Assembly: GCA_965201075.1 (NCBI GenBank)
Contig: CBDAVP010000005.1
Span: 186,001 to 235,974, forward strand
DNA: 49,974 bases
Direction: 5' to 3'
Origin: Isosphaeraceae bacterium
Lineage (GTDB): Bacteria > Planctomycetota > Planctomycetia > Isosphaerales > Isosphaeraceae
The notes beneath the pieces are model-generated. The model saw only the letters and a list, made by a program, of their open reading frames with translations, ran no database searches and was not told the DNA's origin. The translations under genes and the position numbers were made by a program. Positions 1 to 8,159 of the stretch are shown here, in pieces; the stretch's first letter is position 1, and each line of letters opens with the position of its first letter.

Positions 1-98
1 GTTCTCGCCTTGGTCCTTCCGACTCACTCGACGGTGAGGACGTGCTCCCCGGCTTTTCCTGCAAAATCGCCGACCTGTTCCCCAACAAGACCGCCTGA
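1..98 (+). CDS. Uma2 family (PD-(D/E)XK) endonuclease, 3' end only (partial)
   Basis: Frame starting at nt 3 reads SRLGPSDSLDGEDVLPGFSCKIADLFPNKTA* (TGA 96-98). The LxGEDVLPGFxxxxxDLF pattern is the typical Uma2 C-terminus. Not in the ORF track. Confidence 0.8.
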   Translation, partial: SRLGPSDSLDGEDVLPGFSCKIADLFPNKTA

Positions 99-166
99 AT
101 TCTCCCTCCGAACCCAACACCTTCACCGGGGCTCTCTCCACCCCTTGGCCTGGGAAATCACCGCCG

Positions 167-3100
167 ATGCCCGAGATTCGCAAGCTGCTGGTGGCCAATC
201 GGGGAGAGATCGCCATCCGGGTCTTCCGCTCGGCTCACGAGCTGGGCATCCGCACCGTGGCGATCTACTCTCACGAAGATCGCTTCGCGATGCACCGGAC
301 CAAGGCCGACGAGGCCTACCAGGTCGGCAAGGCGGGGGAGCCGATCCGCAGTTATTTGAACATTGAGGCGATCATTGCCCTGGCGCTGGAGAAGGGGATC
401 GACGCGGTCCACCCGGGGTATGGGTTCCTGTCCGAGAACGCCACGTTCGCCCGCGCCTGTCGAGACGCCGGCATCATCTTCGTCGGGCCGTCTCCGGAGA
501 TCCTCGACCGGCTGGGCGACAAGGTGGCCGCCCGCAAGCTCGCTCAGGAAGTGGGCGTGCCGGTGCTGGGCGGAAGCTCCGAGCCGATCGAGCCGGGCGA
601 AACGGCCCAGAAGCTCGCCGAGTCGCTGGGTTATCCGGTGATCGTCAAGGCGTCGATGGGCGGTGGCGGTCGCGGGATGCGGGTCGTGGAAGCGGCCGAG
701 GGACTGGATCAGGCGCTCGATCAGGCCCGTCGCGAGGCCCAAACGGCGTTTGGCTGCGCCGATGTCTTCCTCGAAAAGTTCATCGGCCGGGCCAAGCATA
801 TCGAGGTGCAGTTGCTGGGCGACCAGCACGGCCACCTCGTTCACCTGTACGAACGCGATTGCTCGGTCCAGCGACGGCACCAGAAGGTTGTTGAGATCGC
901 CCCGGCTCCCTACCTGGATCCAAAGGTTCGCCAGGGCTTGTGCGATGCGGCCATCCAGATCGGTCGCGGTGTTGGTTACTCCAACGCCGGCACCGTTGAG
1001 TTCCTTGTCGATGTCGACGCGAACCAATTCTTTTTCATCGAGGTCAACCCCCGCATCCAGGTGGAACACACCGTCACCGAGGTGGTCACCGGCATCGACC
1101 TGGTCAAGAGCCAGATCCTGGTGGCTCAAGGGGTTGCACTGGACGACCCGCGGATTGGCATCACCGACCAGTCGGACATCAAAACCAACGGGTTCGCCTT
1201 CCAGTGCCGGGTCACGACCGAGGACCCCGAGAACAAGTTCACGCCCGACTATGGCCGCATCACCCACTACCGGTCGGCCGGCGGCATGGGCCTGCGGCTC
1301 GACGGCGGCACGGCGATCACCGGGGCGATCGTCACGCCGTTCTATGACTCGTTGCTGGTCAAGGTTTCGGCCTCGGGGCACCGCTTCGAGGAGGCCGCCC
1401 TGCGGATGGAGCGGGCCCTCCAGGAATTCCGCATCCGGGGCGTGAAGACCAACATCCCGTTCCTGCTCAACGTCATCGAGCATCCCGATTTCCTCGCCGG
1501 CCGCTGCACGACCCGCTTCATCGACCAGACGCCCGAACTGTTCGACCTGCCCGTGAGACAGGACCGGGCCACGAAGCTGTTGACCTTCGCCGCCGAGGTC
1601 GTCGTCAACGGTTTCCCCGGGGTCAAGCGTCCCAAGGGGTATGTCGCCCCGCCCGAGCCCGAGCCCCCCGCCTTTGATCGCACCCAGAAGCCGCCCGACG
1701 GAACTCGCCAGAAACTCCTAAGCCTGGGGGCCGACGGATTCTCGAAGTGGGTCCGCGAGCAACAGCCTCTCCTGCTGACCGACACAACCTTCCGAGACGC
1801 CCACCAGTCGCTACTGGCCACCCGCCTGCGCACCCGAGACATGCTCCGCGTGGCCGAGGCGTACGCGCGGATGGTCCCCCAACTGTTCTCGATCGAAATG
1901 TGGGGCGGCGCGACGTTCGACACGGCGATGCGGTTCCTCAAGGAAGACCCCTGGGAACGCCTGACCGAGCTGCGCGAGAAAATCCCCAACATCCTGTTCC
2001 AGATGTTGCTGAGAGGGGCCAACGCCGTCGGCTATACCAGCTACCCCGATAACGTCGTCCGGGCGTTCGTCAAGGAATCGGCCGCCGCGGGGATCGACGT
2101 CTTCCGCGTGTTCGACTCGCTGAACTGGGTGCCCAACATGGGAGTCGCCCTGGAAGCCGCCCGAGACACCGGCGCCCTTTGTGAAGCGGCCATTTGCTAC
2201 ACCGGCGACCTGCTAAACCCCGCCCGACCCAAGTACGACCTGAAATACTACGTCGGCATGGCCAAGGATCTGGAGAAGCGTGGGGCGAGTTTGATCGCCA
2301 TCAAGGACATGGCCGGACTCTGCAAGCCGGCCGCCGCCGCCAAGCTCGTGAAGACCCTGCGCGAGGAAGTTGGCCTGCCGATCCATTTCCACACCCACGA
2401 CACGGGAGGGGCCCAGGCCGCCAGCGTCCTGGAAGGCGCCGCTCAAGGGTTGGACATCGCCGATGGCGCAATGGCCTCGATGTCGGGCCTGACCTCGCAG
2501 CCCAGCCTCAACGCAATCGTCGAGTCCCTGCGGTTCACCCCGAGGGAGACCGGCCTCGACCCCGAGGCGTTGATCGCTCTGAGCCGCTACTGGGAGCAGG
2601 TGCGTGCCCTGTACGCGCCCTTCGACGCCGACCTCCGCGCCCCCTCGGCCGAAGTCTACGCCTATGAGATGCCCGGCGGCCAGTACACCAACCTGTTCCA
2701 GCAAGCGAAGGCCCTGGGGCTGGAATCGCGCTGGGTGGAAGTTTGCAAGGCGTATGCTCAGGTCAACATGCTGTTTGGCGACATCGTGAAGGTCACGCCC
2801 TCGTCGAAGGTCGTCGGCGACATGGCGTTGTTCCTGGTGGCGAACAACCTCGACCCCGAGGACGTCACCGACACCGAGCGGGAACTGGCCTACCCCGACA
2901 GCGTGGTGGAACTGATGGAAGGGCGCCTGGGCTTCCCACCGGGGGGTTTTCCGGCCGACGTCCAGGCCCGCATCCTCAAGGGGCGCCCCCCCTTGACCGA
3001 ACGTCCCGGCGCGACGCTGCCGCCGACGGACCTCGACGCCGCCCGCGCCAAGGCCGCTGAACTGCTGGGCACCCCCGCGACCGACCGCGACGGCCAAAGT

Positions 3101-3616
3101 TATCTGATGTACCCCCGCGTTTTCCCGGAACTCGCCGCCCATCTCAAGGCATACTCCGACACATCCTCGCTGCCCACGCCTTTGTTCTTTTTCGGGCCCG
3201 ATCCCGAGGTGGAAAACCTCATCGAGATCGAGCCAGGCAAGACCTTGATCGTCAAGCTGCTGACCGTCGGCGAGCCGCACGCCGACGGCAAGCGCACTGC
3301 TTTCTTCGAGCTCAACGGCCAGCCCCGAGAGGTCGAGGTCACCGACCGCTCGCTCGCCTCGGCGGTCAAGGAGTCTCCCAAGGCCGACCCGGCCGACCCG
3401 CTTCAGATCGGTTCTCCCCTGCCCGGCCTGGTCGTGGGCGTGGCGGTCAACGCGGGCGACCCAGTTCGCAAGGGGCAGAAACTCCTGTCGATCGAGGCGA
3501 TGAAGATGGAGACGACCCTCTACGCCGAGCGCCCCGGGCGGGTTTCCGAGGTACTGGCCGCGGTCGGCCGACAGGTCACCACCGGCGAGTTACTCGTCCG
3601 TTTCACCGCCGAATGA
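167..3616 (+). CDS. pyc: Pyruvate carboxylase
   Basis: 1149 aa with biotin carboxylase motifs (ANRGEIA, GGGGRGMR, RDCSVQRRHQK), carboxyltransferase motifs (RDAHQSLLATR, IKDMAG, HFHTHD) and the biotinylation motif EAMKME. Confidence 0.98.
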   Translation: MPEIRKLLVANRGEIAIRVFRSAHELGIRTVAIYSHEDRFAMHRTKADEAYQVGKAGEPIRSYLNIEAIIALALEKGIDAVHPGYGFLSENATFARACRDAGIIFVGPSPEILDRLGDKVAARKLAQEVGVPVLGGSSEPIEPGETAQKLAESLGYPVIVKASMGGGGRGMRVVEAAEGLDQALDQARREAQTAFGCADVFLEKFIGRAKHIEVQLLGDQHGHLVHLYERDCSVQRRHQKVVEIAPAPYLDPKVRQGLCDAAIQIGRGVGYSNAGTVEFLVDVDANQFFFIEVNPRIQVEHTVTEVVTGIDLVKSQILVAQGVALDDPRIGITDQSDIKTNGFAFQCRVTTEDPENKFTPDYGRITHYRSAGGMGLRLDGGTAITGAIVTPFYDSLLVKVSASGHRFEEAALRMERALQEFRIRGVKTNIPFLLNVIEHPDFLAGRCTTRFIDQTPELFDLPVRQDRATKLLTFAAEVVVNGFPGVKRPKGYVAPPEPEPPAFDRTQKPPDGTRQKLLSLGADGFSKWVREQQPLLLTDTTFRDAHQSLLATRLRTRDMLRVAEAYARMVPQLFSIEMWGGATFDTAMRFLKEDPWERLTELREKIPNILFQMLLRGANAVGYTSYPDNVVRAFVKESAAAGIDVFRVFDSLNWVPNMGVALEAARDTGALCEAAICYTGDLLNPARPKYDLKYYVGMAKDLEKRGASLIAIKDMAGLCKPAAAAKLVKTLREEVGLPIHFHTHDTGGAQAASVLEGAAQGLDIADGAMASMSGLTSQPSLNAIVESLRFTPRETGLDPEALIALSRYWEQVRALYAPFDADLRAPSAEVYAYEMPGGQYTNLFQQAKALGLESRWVEVCKAYAQVNMLFGDIVKVTPSSKVVGDMALFLVANNLDPEDVTDTERELAYPDSVVELMEGRLGFPPGGFPADVQARILKGRPPLTERPGATLPPTDLDAARAKAAELLGTPATDRDGQSYLMYPRVFPELAAHLKAYSDTSSLPTPLFFFGPDPEVENLIEIEPGKTLIVKLLTVGEPHADGKRTAFFELNGQPREVEVTDRSLASAVKESPKADPADPLQIGSPLPGLVVGVAVNAGDPVRKGQKLLSIEAMKMETTLYAERPGRVSEVLAAVGRQVTTGELLVRFTAE

Positions 3617-4386
3617 CCCGGTTCGCCCCGACCATTCGACGCTTCGACACTCTGGAATCGACCAGCGACCTCGCCCGGTCGCTGGTCGCCGACCCCTCCA
3701 TGCCTCTTCCTTTCATCGTCCGGGCCGATCGTCAGACAAAAGGCCGCGGCCAGGCGGATCGCTCCTGGTACTCCGATGAAGGGAGCTTGACCTTCACCCT
3801 GGCGATTGACCCCGAGGCCCACGGCCTGCGAGTTGACCACGGCCCGAGGCTCGCGCTGGCCGCGGCGGTGGCCGTCGCCGAGGCCGTGGGACGAATCGTT
3901 CCCAACGAGCGCCATCCGGGCATCCGCTGGCCCAACGATGTCGAGGCGGGCGGTCGCAAGCTCGGCGGACTGCTCCCCGAACGGATCGAGATATCGGCGG
4001 GCGCGAGGCTCCTGCTGGGCGTCGGCCTCAACGTCAACACCCGGCTGGAAGACGCTTCGGCCGAGGTCCAGCACCTCGCCACCACAGTGAAACTCCTCCG
4101 AGACGCCGGCCCGCTGACAGAGTCGGAACGCGAGGACCTGTTCGCCAACCTGATCGCCAGCCTCGGCGACTCCCTGGCCCAACTCGCCGCCGACTCGCCT
4201 TCGCTCGCGTCCCGCTGGAGGGCGTGGGACACCCTCGTCGGGCGGACCATTCGCGTCGACCTGGGCACTTCGGTGCTGAGCGGCCGAGCCCTGGGCATCG
4301 ACGAATCGGGCGGCCTGCGGTTCAACGACGGGCAAGCCGTGCGTGTCCTCTACGGCGGCCGCATCTTGCGCGATATCATCGCCTGA
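3613..4386 (+). CDS. birA: Biotin--protein ligase (BirA-like, no N-terminal HTH)
   Basis: Motifs QTKGRGQ, RWPNDV, GRKLGG, GVGLNVN and a C-terminal GIDESGGL. ATGA overlap with pyc. Confidence 0.92.
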   Translation: MTRFAPTIRRFDTLESTSDLARSLVADPSMPLPFIVRADRQTKGRGQADRSWYSDEGSLTFTLAIDPEAHGLRVDHGPRLALAAAVAVAEAVGRIVPNERHPGIRWPNDVEAGGRKLGGLLPERIEISAGARLLLGVGLNVNTRLEDASAEVQHLATTVKLLRDAGPLTESEREDLFANLIASLGDSLAQLAADSPSLASRWRAWDTLVGRTIRVDLGTSVLSGRALGIDESGGLRFNDGQAVRVLYGGRILRDIIA

Positions 4387-4428
4387 ACCGACCGACCGAT
4401 CGCCCTCTCTCCACGAGACCCGTGACCG

Positions 4429-5499
4429 ATGCGCAAAGACCTGGTTCCGCTTGCCCTCACCGCTGGGTTGTTCCTCGCCAGTCTCCCGCGACCTGGGCGG
4501 GCTCAGGGCCTCGACCTTTATTTCATCGACGTGATGGGCGGCGCGGCGACCTTGATGATCACTCCCGAGCGCGAGTCGGTCCTGATCGACTCGGGCTGGC
4601 CCGGCGAGGATGACCGCGACCCCAAACGAATCGAACATGTGCTGAAGGATGTCGCTCACCTCGACCATCTCGACCATCTGGTCACGACCCACTGGCACAT
4701 GGACCACTACGGAGGGGTCGCCGGACTGGCGAAGCGGGTCCGCATTGATCACTTCTGGGACCGAGGCCTCCCCGACCCATCGGCTCCCGACGGCGACAAG
4801 GCACGCTTCCCCGACGGGCCTTCACCCACCGACCCTCTGGGCATCGCCTATCGGCGGGCCAGCGAGGGAAAACGCCGGCAACTTCGCGCGGGTGACACCC
4901 TCCCCCTGGCTGGAACCCTCCGCGTTCACGTCGTGGCGTCGGGCGGCGAGGTTGATTCCAACCCCGCCTCGGTCCGCAAGGAAAACCCGCTTTGCGCCCA
5001 GGCCCCGCCGGACCTCCCTCACGACCCCAGCGACAACGCCCGCAGCCTGGCCTTGCACGTCCGTCTCGGCCGGTTCCGCTTTCTCGACTGCGGCGACCTG
5101 ACCTGGAACGTCGAAAAACGGTTGGTCTGCCCCCTCGACCTCCTGGGGCCGATCGACGTGTTCCAGGTCACTCATCACGGGATGGACATCTCGAACCACC
5201 CGACCTTGCTGGCGACGATCACTCCGACGGTGGCGATCATGGACAACGGCCCTCGCAAGGGAGGGTCGGCCGCGACCGTCTCTCGCCTCCGCGCCTTGCC
5301 CACGCTCAAGGCCCTGTTCCAGCTCCACAAGAACGAGGCGACGCCGCTGTCCGACAACACCGAGCCGGCGCGGATCGCCAACGCCAAACCCGCCGGTGGC
5401 CAGTTCCTCCACGTCGCCGTCGATCCCGCCGGAGTCAAGTACACGGTCCGGGTCGGCGAGGACGGCGAGGCCGAGACGTTCACGTCGCATCCCGAGTGA
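4429..5499 (+). CDS. Secreted MBL-fold metallo-hydrolase (ComEC/Rec2-like)
   Basis: N-terminal signal peptide; FIDVMGG, LIDSG, THWHMDH, GDL and VTHHG metal-binding motifs. Confidence 0.85.
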   Translation: MRKDLVPLALTAGLFLASLPRPGRAQGLDLYFIDVMGGAATLMITPERESVLIDSGWPGEDDRDPKRIEHVLKDVAHLDHLDHLVTTHWHMDHYGGVAGLAKRVRIDHFWDRGLPDPSAPDGDKARFPDGPSPTDPLGIAYRRASEGKRRQLRAGDTLPLAGTLRVHVVASGGEVDSNPASVRKENPLCAQAPPDLPHDPSDNARSLALHVRLGRFRFLDCGDLTWNVEKRLVCPLDLLGPIDVFQVTHHGMDISNHPTLLATITPTVAIMDNGPRKGGSAATVSRLRALPTLKALFQLHKNEATPLSDNTEPARIANAKPAGGQFLHVAVDPAGVKYTVRVGEDGEAETFTSHPE

Positions 5500-5552
5500 T
5501 GGCATCCCGTTACCCGCGAATCAAACCCGGTTTGCCGTAGGGCGAGGTTCCC

Positions 5553-6125
5553 TCAAAAGCCTGCCTCGACGGGGAGGAACTGGCTTCCCGCCGGGGGGTC
5601 CTCGCCAGGGACTGAACAGGCTTGCATTTTGCCCATGAGCGTTTTCGCGGACGGCGCGATGGGTTTGCCGAAGGCCGGAGCGTTCGGCATGGGGGGAGCC
5701 CAATCGCCCATCACGCGATTCGTCGAATCCGCGGGACGGAACCAGTCAATCACCGCCTGAACCCATCCGTTGAGGGTGGCGGTAGTCGTCGGGAAACTCA
5801 TAGCATCCCCCTTGCCACCGCAGCCAGCACCTCCCAGGGCTGATGCGCCCACAAGCAGCCCGGCCGCCCACCTCGACACTCTTGACGGAATCCGGTCGGT
5901 GGTGCGGACGGTCCCATCAGCCTTGCGCTCGAATCGGACGCAGAGTTTAGAAGGACTCACCGCAACCAATGCGCCGACCTCCGCGACGGTCAAGGCGGAG
6001 AGGTTATGGACGTGCTTCCCGCATCCTTCGCAGAAGCGAGAGCGTTGGTCCCCCGCCATCGTCAACCAGTCGGCCGAGCACGGGGAGGGAATCTCGATCG
6101 AGCCCAGCACGACGAGCGGGTCCAT
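5553..6125 (-). CDS. Hypothetical protein with N-terminal 4-Cys domain and internal lipobox
   Basis: Start reassigned to ATG 6125 (190 aa). PCxxxWxxMxGxxRxRFCxxCxKxVxNLS...LCVR domain, then a hydrophobic stretch ending in GAGC. Confidence 0.75.
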   Translation of the reverse strand: MDPLVVLGSIEIPSPCSADWLTMAGDQRSRFCEGCGKHVHNLSALTVAEVGALVAVSPSKLCVRFERKADGTVRTTDRIPSRVSRWAAGLLVGASALGGAGCGGKGDAMSFPTTTATLNGWVQAVIDWFRPADSTNRVMGDWAPPMPNAPAFGKPIAPSAKTLMGKMQACSVPGEDPPAGSQFLPVEAGF

Positions 6126-6319
6126 GGTGACAGTCCTCGGCTGAAAGGTTGGCCCAGGGTTGGACGCCGGTCGGAGCTGATGAGTTCCCGACCACCGAGC
6201 GAAACCCGTCCCGTTACGGCCGTTCGCCATCCTCGAGATTCCAACTCCGGGCGTCGCGAATGATCTAGGTTGCTATGCTGGGGGATCGCACGCCCAAAGT
6301 TCGCCCAGGGAGCCCGCCC

Positions 6320-6766
6320 ATGCCCACCGACGACCCCTTCGATCTCGACCGGTTCGTCAACGCCCAAGCCGACATCCACGAACAGGCGCTGGACGAAATT
6401 CGCGGCGGACGGAAAACCTCTCATTGGATGTGGTTCATCTTCCCCCAGTACGACGGGCTCGGGTCCAGCTCGACGGCCCGGCACTACGCGATCAAGAGCC
6501 TCGACGAGGCCCGGGCCTACCTTGTCCACCCGACTCTTGGCCCTCGACTGGTCGAATGCGCCGAAGCGGCCCTGGGTGTCCACGGCCGCTCAGCCCATGC
6601 GATCTTCGGCTCTCCCGACGATCTGAAGTTGAAATCCTGCGCGACCCTCTTCGCCGGGATCACGCCTCCAGGGTCGCCCTTCGCCCGCCTGCTCGACAAG
6701 TATTACCAGGGTGGTCGCGACGGCAAGACTCTGGAGCTGGCTGGTCTCGACAACGCCGCGAAATGA
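6320..6766 (+). CDS. DUF1810 family protein
   Basis: DPFDLDRFV, GRKTSHWMWFIFPQ, LGPRLVEC and IFGSPDDLKLKSCATLF. ATG 6320 follows GGGAG. Confidence 0.92.
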   Translation: MPTDDPFDLDRFVNAQADIHEQALDEIRGGRKTSHWMWFIFPQYDGLGSSSTARHYAIKSLDEARAYLVHPTLGPRLVECAEAALGVHGRSAHAIFGSPDDLKLKSCATLFAGITPPGSPFARLLDKYYQGGRDGKTLELAGLDNAAK

Positions 6767-6797
6767 CAAACCGGATCGGAACGACTCTCGGCCGATG

Positions 6798-8081
6798 TCA
6801 AGGTCGAGGGCGTGTCACCCGCGTCCCTCCCCAGTCGAGCCGACGGGCGAAATCGTCGACGATCTCGGCCCAGCGGCGATGCAACTCGATCAATCCCATG
6901 TGCTTGGCCGGCGCGATCGCCGCCAGTTCGGCGCCGGGGATTCGCTGAGCCATCAGGCGGCTGGCGTCGGGTTGGGTCGTCTCGTCAAGGTCGCCCATCA
7001 GCACCAGGGTGGGCACCGGCACCGTTGTCAAGGTCGCCTCCTCGTCGAACCGGAACATCCCCAGCATCCCCTTCGCCACCACCGACGGCCACGCCTTTGG
7101 CAGAAAACGGCTGACCCAGTCCAGTTGCTCGCGGGTCTCGTGGCCACAAAACGTCCGGTGGCTGTTGGACCGTTGCATCGACCCGTTGAAGTAAGTGAAC
7201 CAGTTCAGTACCCAGAACAAAGGGGCGAACGCCGCCATCGCTTGGCACATGGGCTTCAGAACAGGCTTCTCAATCGCGGTCAGGAACCGCCGGTTCTTGA
7301 TCGTCCGCATCGGGTTGGTGTAGGTCGTGTGGGCTAGCACCAGCCCGGCGACCCTGGTTCGCAACGATTCAGGGAACATCCGGCAATAGGTGAGCAGGAT
7401 CATTCCACCGATGCTATGGCCGATCAGCAGCGCCGGGCGACCGCCGGCCAGGTCGAGCACGGCGTCGAGATCCGCCGCCATCCGGTCGACGCTGAAATCG
7501 TCGTTGTGCGGCGAGGTTGAACGGCCCAGGCCGGGCAGGTCCCAGAGAATCAGCCGGTAACGCTCGCCCAGTTCTCGTCGAGCATACTTCCACTCGGTGG
7601 AGTCCGACCCCCAGCCGTGGAGGAACACGATCGGCTGTGCGTCGGGCGGGCCGAATAACTCGGCGTGGAGGGTCGAGCCGTCGGGGCGGGCGATCCGGCG
7701 GATCTCGCCATCACTCCAGTCCGGCGGCTCTTCCTTCTCATGGTCGCGCCGGGAAAGAGCGAGCCGGCGCCCACCGCCCGCCGCCAGCGCCAGCAGCGAC
7801 AGGGCCCCCACCAATTCGGCCGTCTCGACGTTCCAGCCAATCGGCGCGCGTCGCTTCAGGCGATGCGTGATCCGTCGGGTCTCGACCGTGACGACCTCGG
7901 CCACCCCCAGCGCGTCGCGGACGACTTCTTTTCGGACCGGGACGTCCACCGTCTCGACCCACTCCTCCACCCGCCTGCGGGTTGCCCAGTGGGCCATTCC
8001 CAAGACGCCCCCGCCCACCACGGCCAGCCCCAGCAGGCCCCGGCCATAAATCCCCAGGACGTGCGACGGCACCAGCGGCAT
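6798..8081 (-). CDS. Membrane-anchored alpha/beta fold hydrolase
   Basis: Two N-terminal hydrophobic segments; FLHGWG, WDLPGLG, nucleophile elbow GHSIG, and probable catalytic Asp (GDLD) and His (AKHMG). Confidence 0.88.
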   Translation of the reverse strand: MPLVPSHVLGIYGRGLLGLAVVGGGVLGMAHWATRRRVEEWVETVDVPVRKEVVRDALGVAEVVTVETRRITHRLKRRAPIGWNVETAELVGALSLLALAAGGGRRLALSRRDHEKEEPPDWSDGEIRRIARPDGSTLHAELFGPPDAQPIVFLHGWGSDSTEWKYARRELGERYRLILWDLPGLGRSTSPHNDDFSVDRMAADLDAVLDLAGGRPALLIGHSIGGMILLTYCRMFPESLRTRVAGLVLAHTTYTNPMRTIKNRRFLTAIEKPVLKPMCQAMAAFAPLFWVLNWFTYFNGSMQRSNSHRTFCGHETREQLDWVSRFLPKAWPSVVAKGMLGMFRFDEEATLTTVPVPTLVLMGDLDETTQPDASRLMAQRIPGAELAAIAPAKHMGLIELHRRWAEIVDDFARRLDWGGTRVTRPRP

Positions 8082-8101
8082 CGGTCAACCCTCAACGACA
8101 C

Positions 8102-8127
8102 AAAAGCCCCCTCGATGGCGAGGGGGC
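8102..8127 (-). terminator. Putative intrinsic terminator downstream of treZ
   Basis: 9-bp stem gccccctcg (8106-8114) / cgagggggc (8119-8127) with a 4-nt loop, followed by UUUU on the minus strand. Confidence 0.6.
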
Positions 8128-8159
8128 CCGAAGATAACCGATTACCGCCGCCGAGTCGC

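Noticed and set aside
158..3280. Long antisense ORFs opposite pyc (also 19992-21617, 11782-13194 and 21871-23250 opposite other genes)
   Set aside because: These are shadow ORFs expected from high-GC codon bias opposite well-supported genes, and they have no recognisable motifs.
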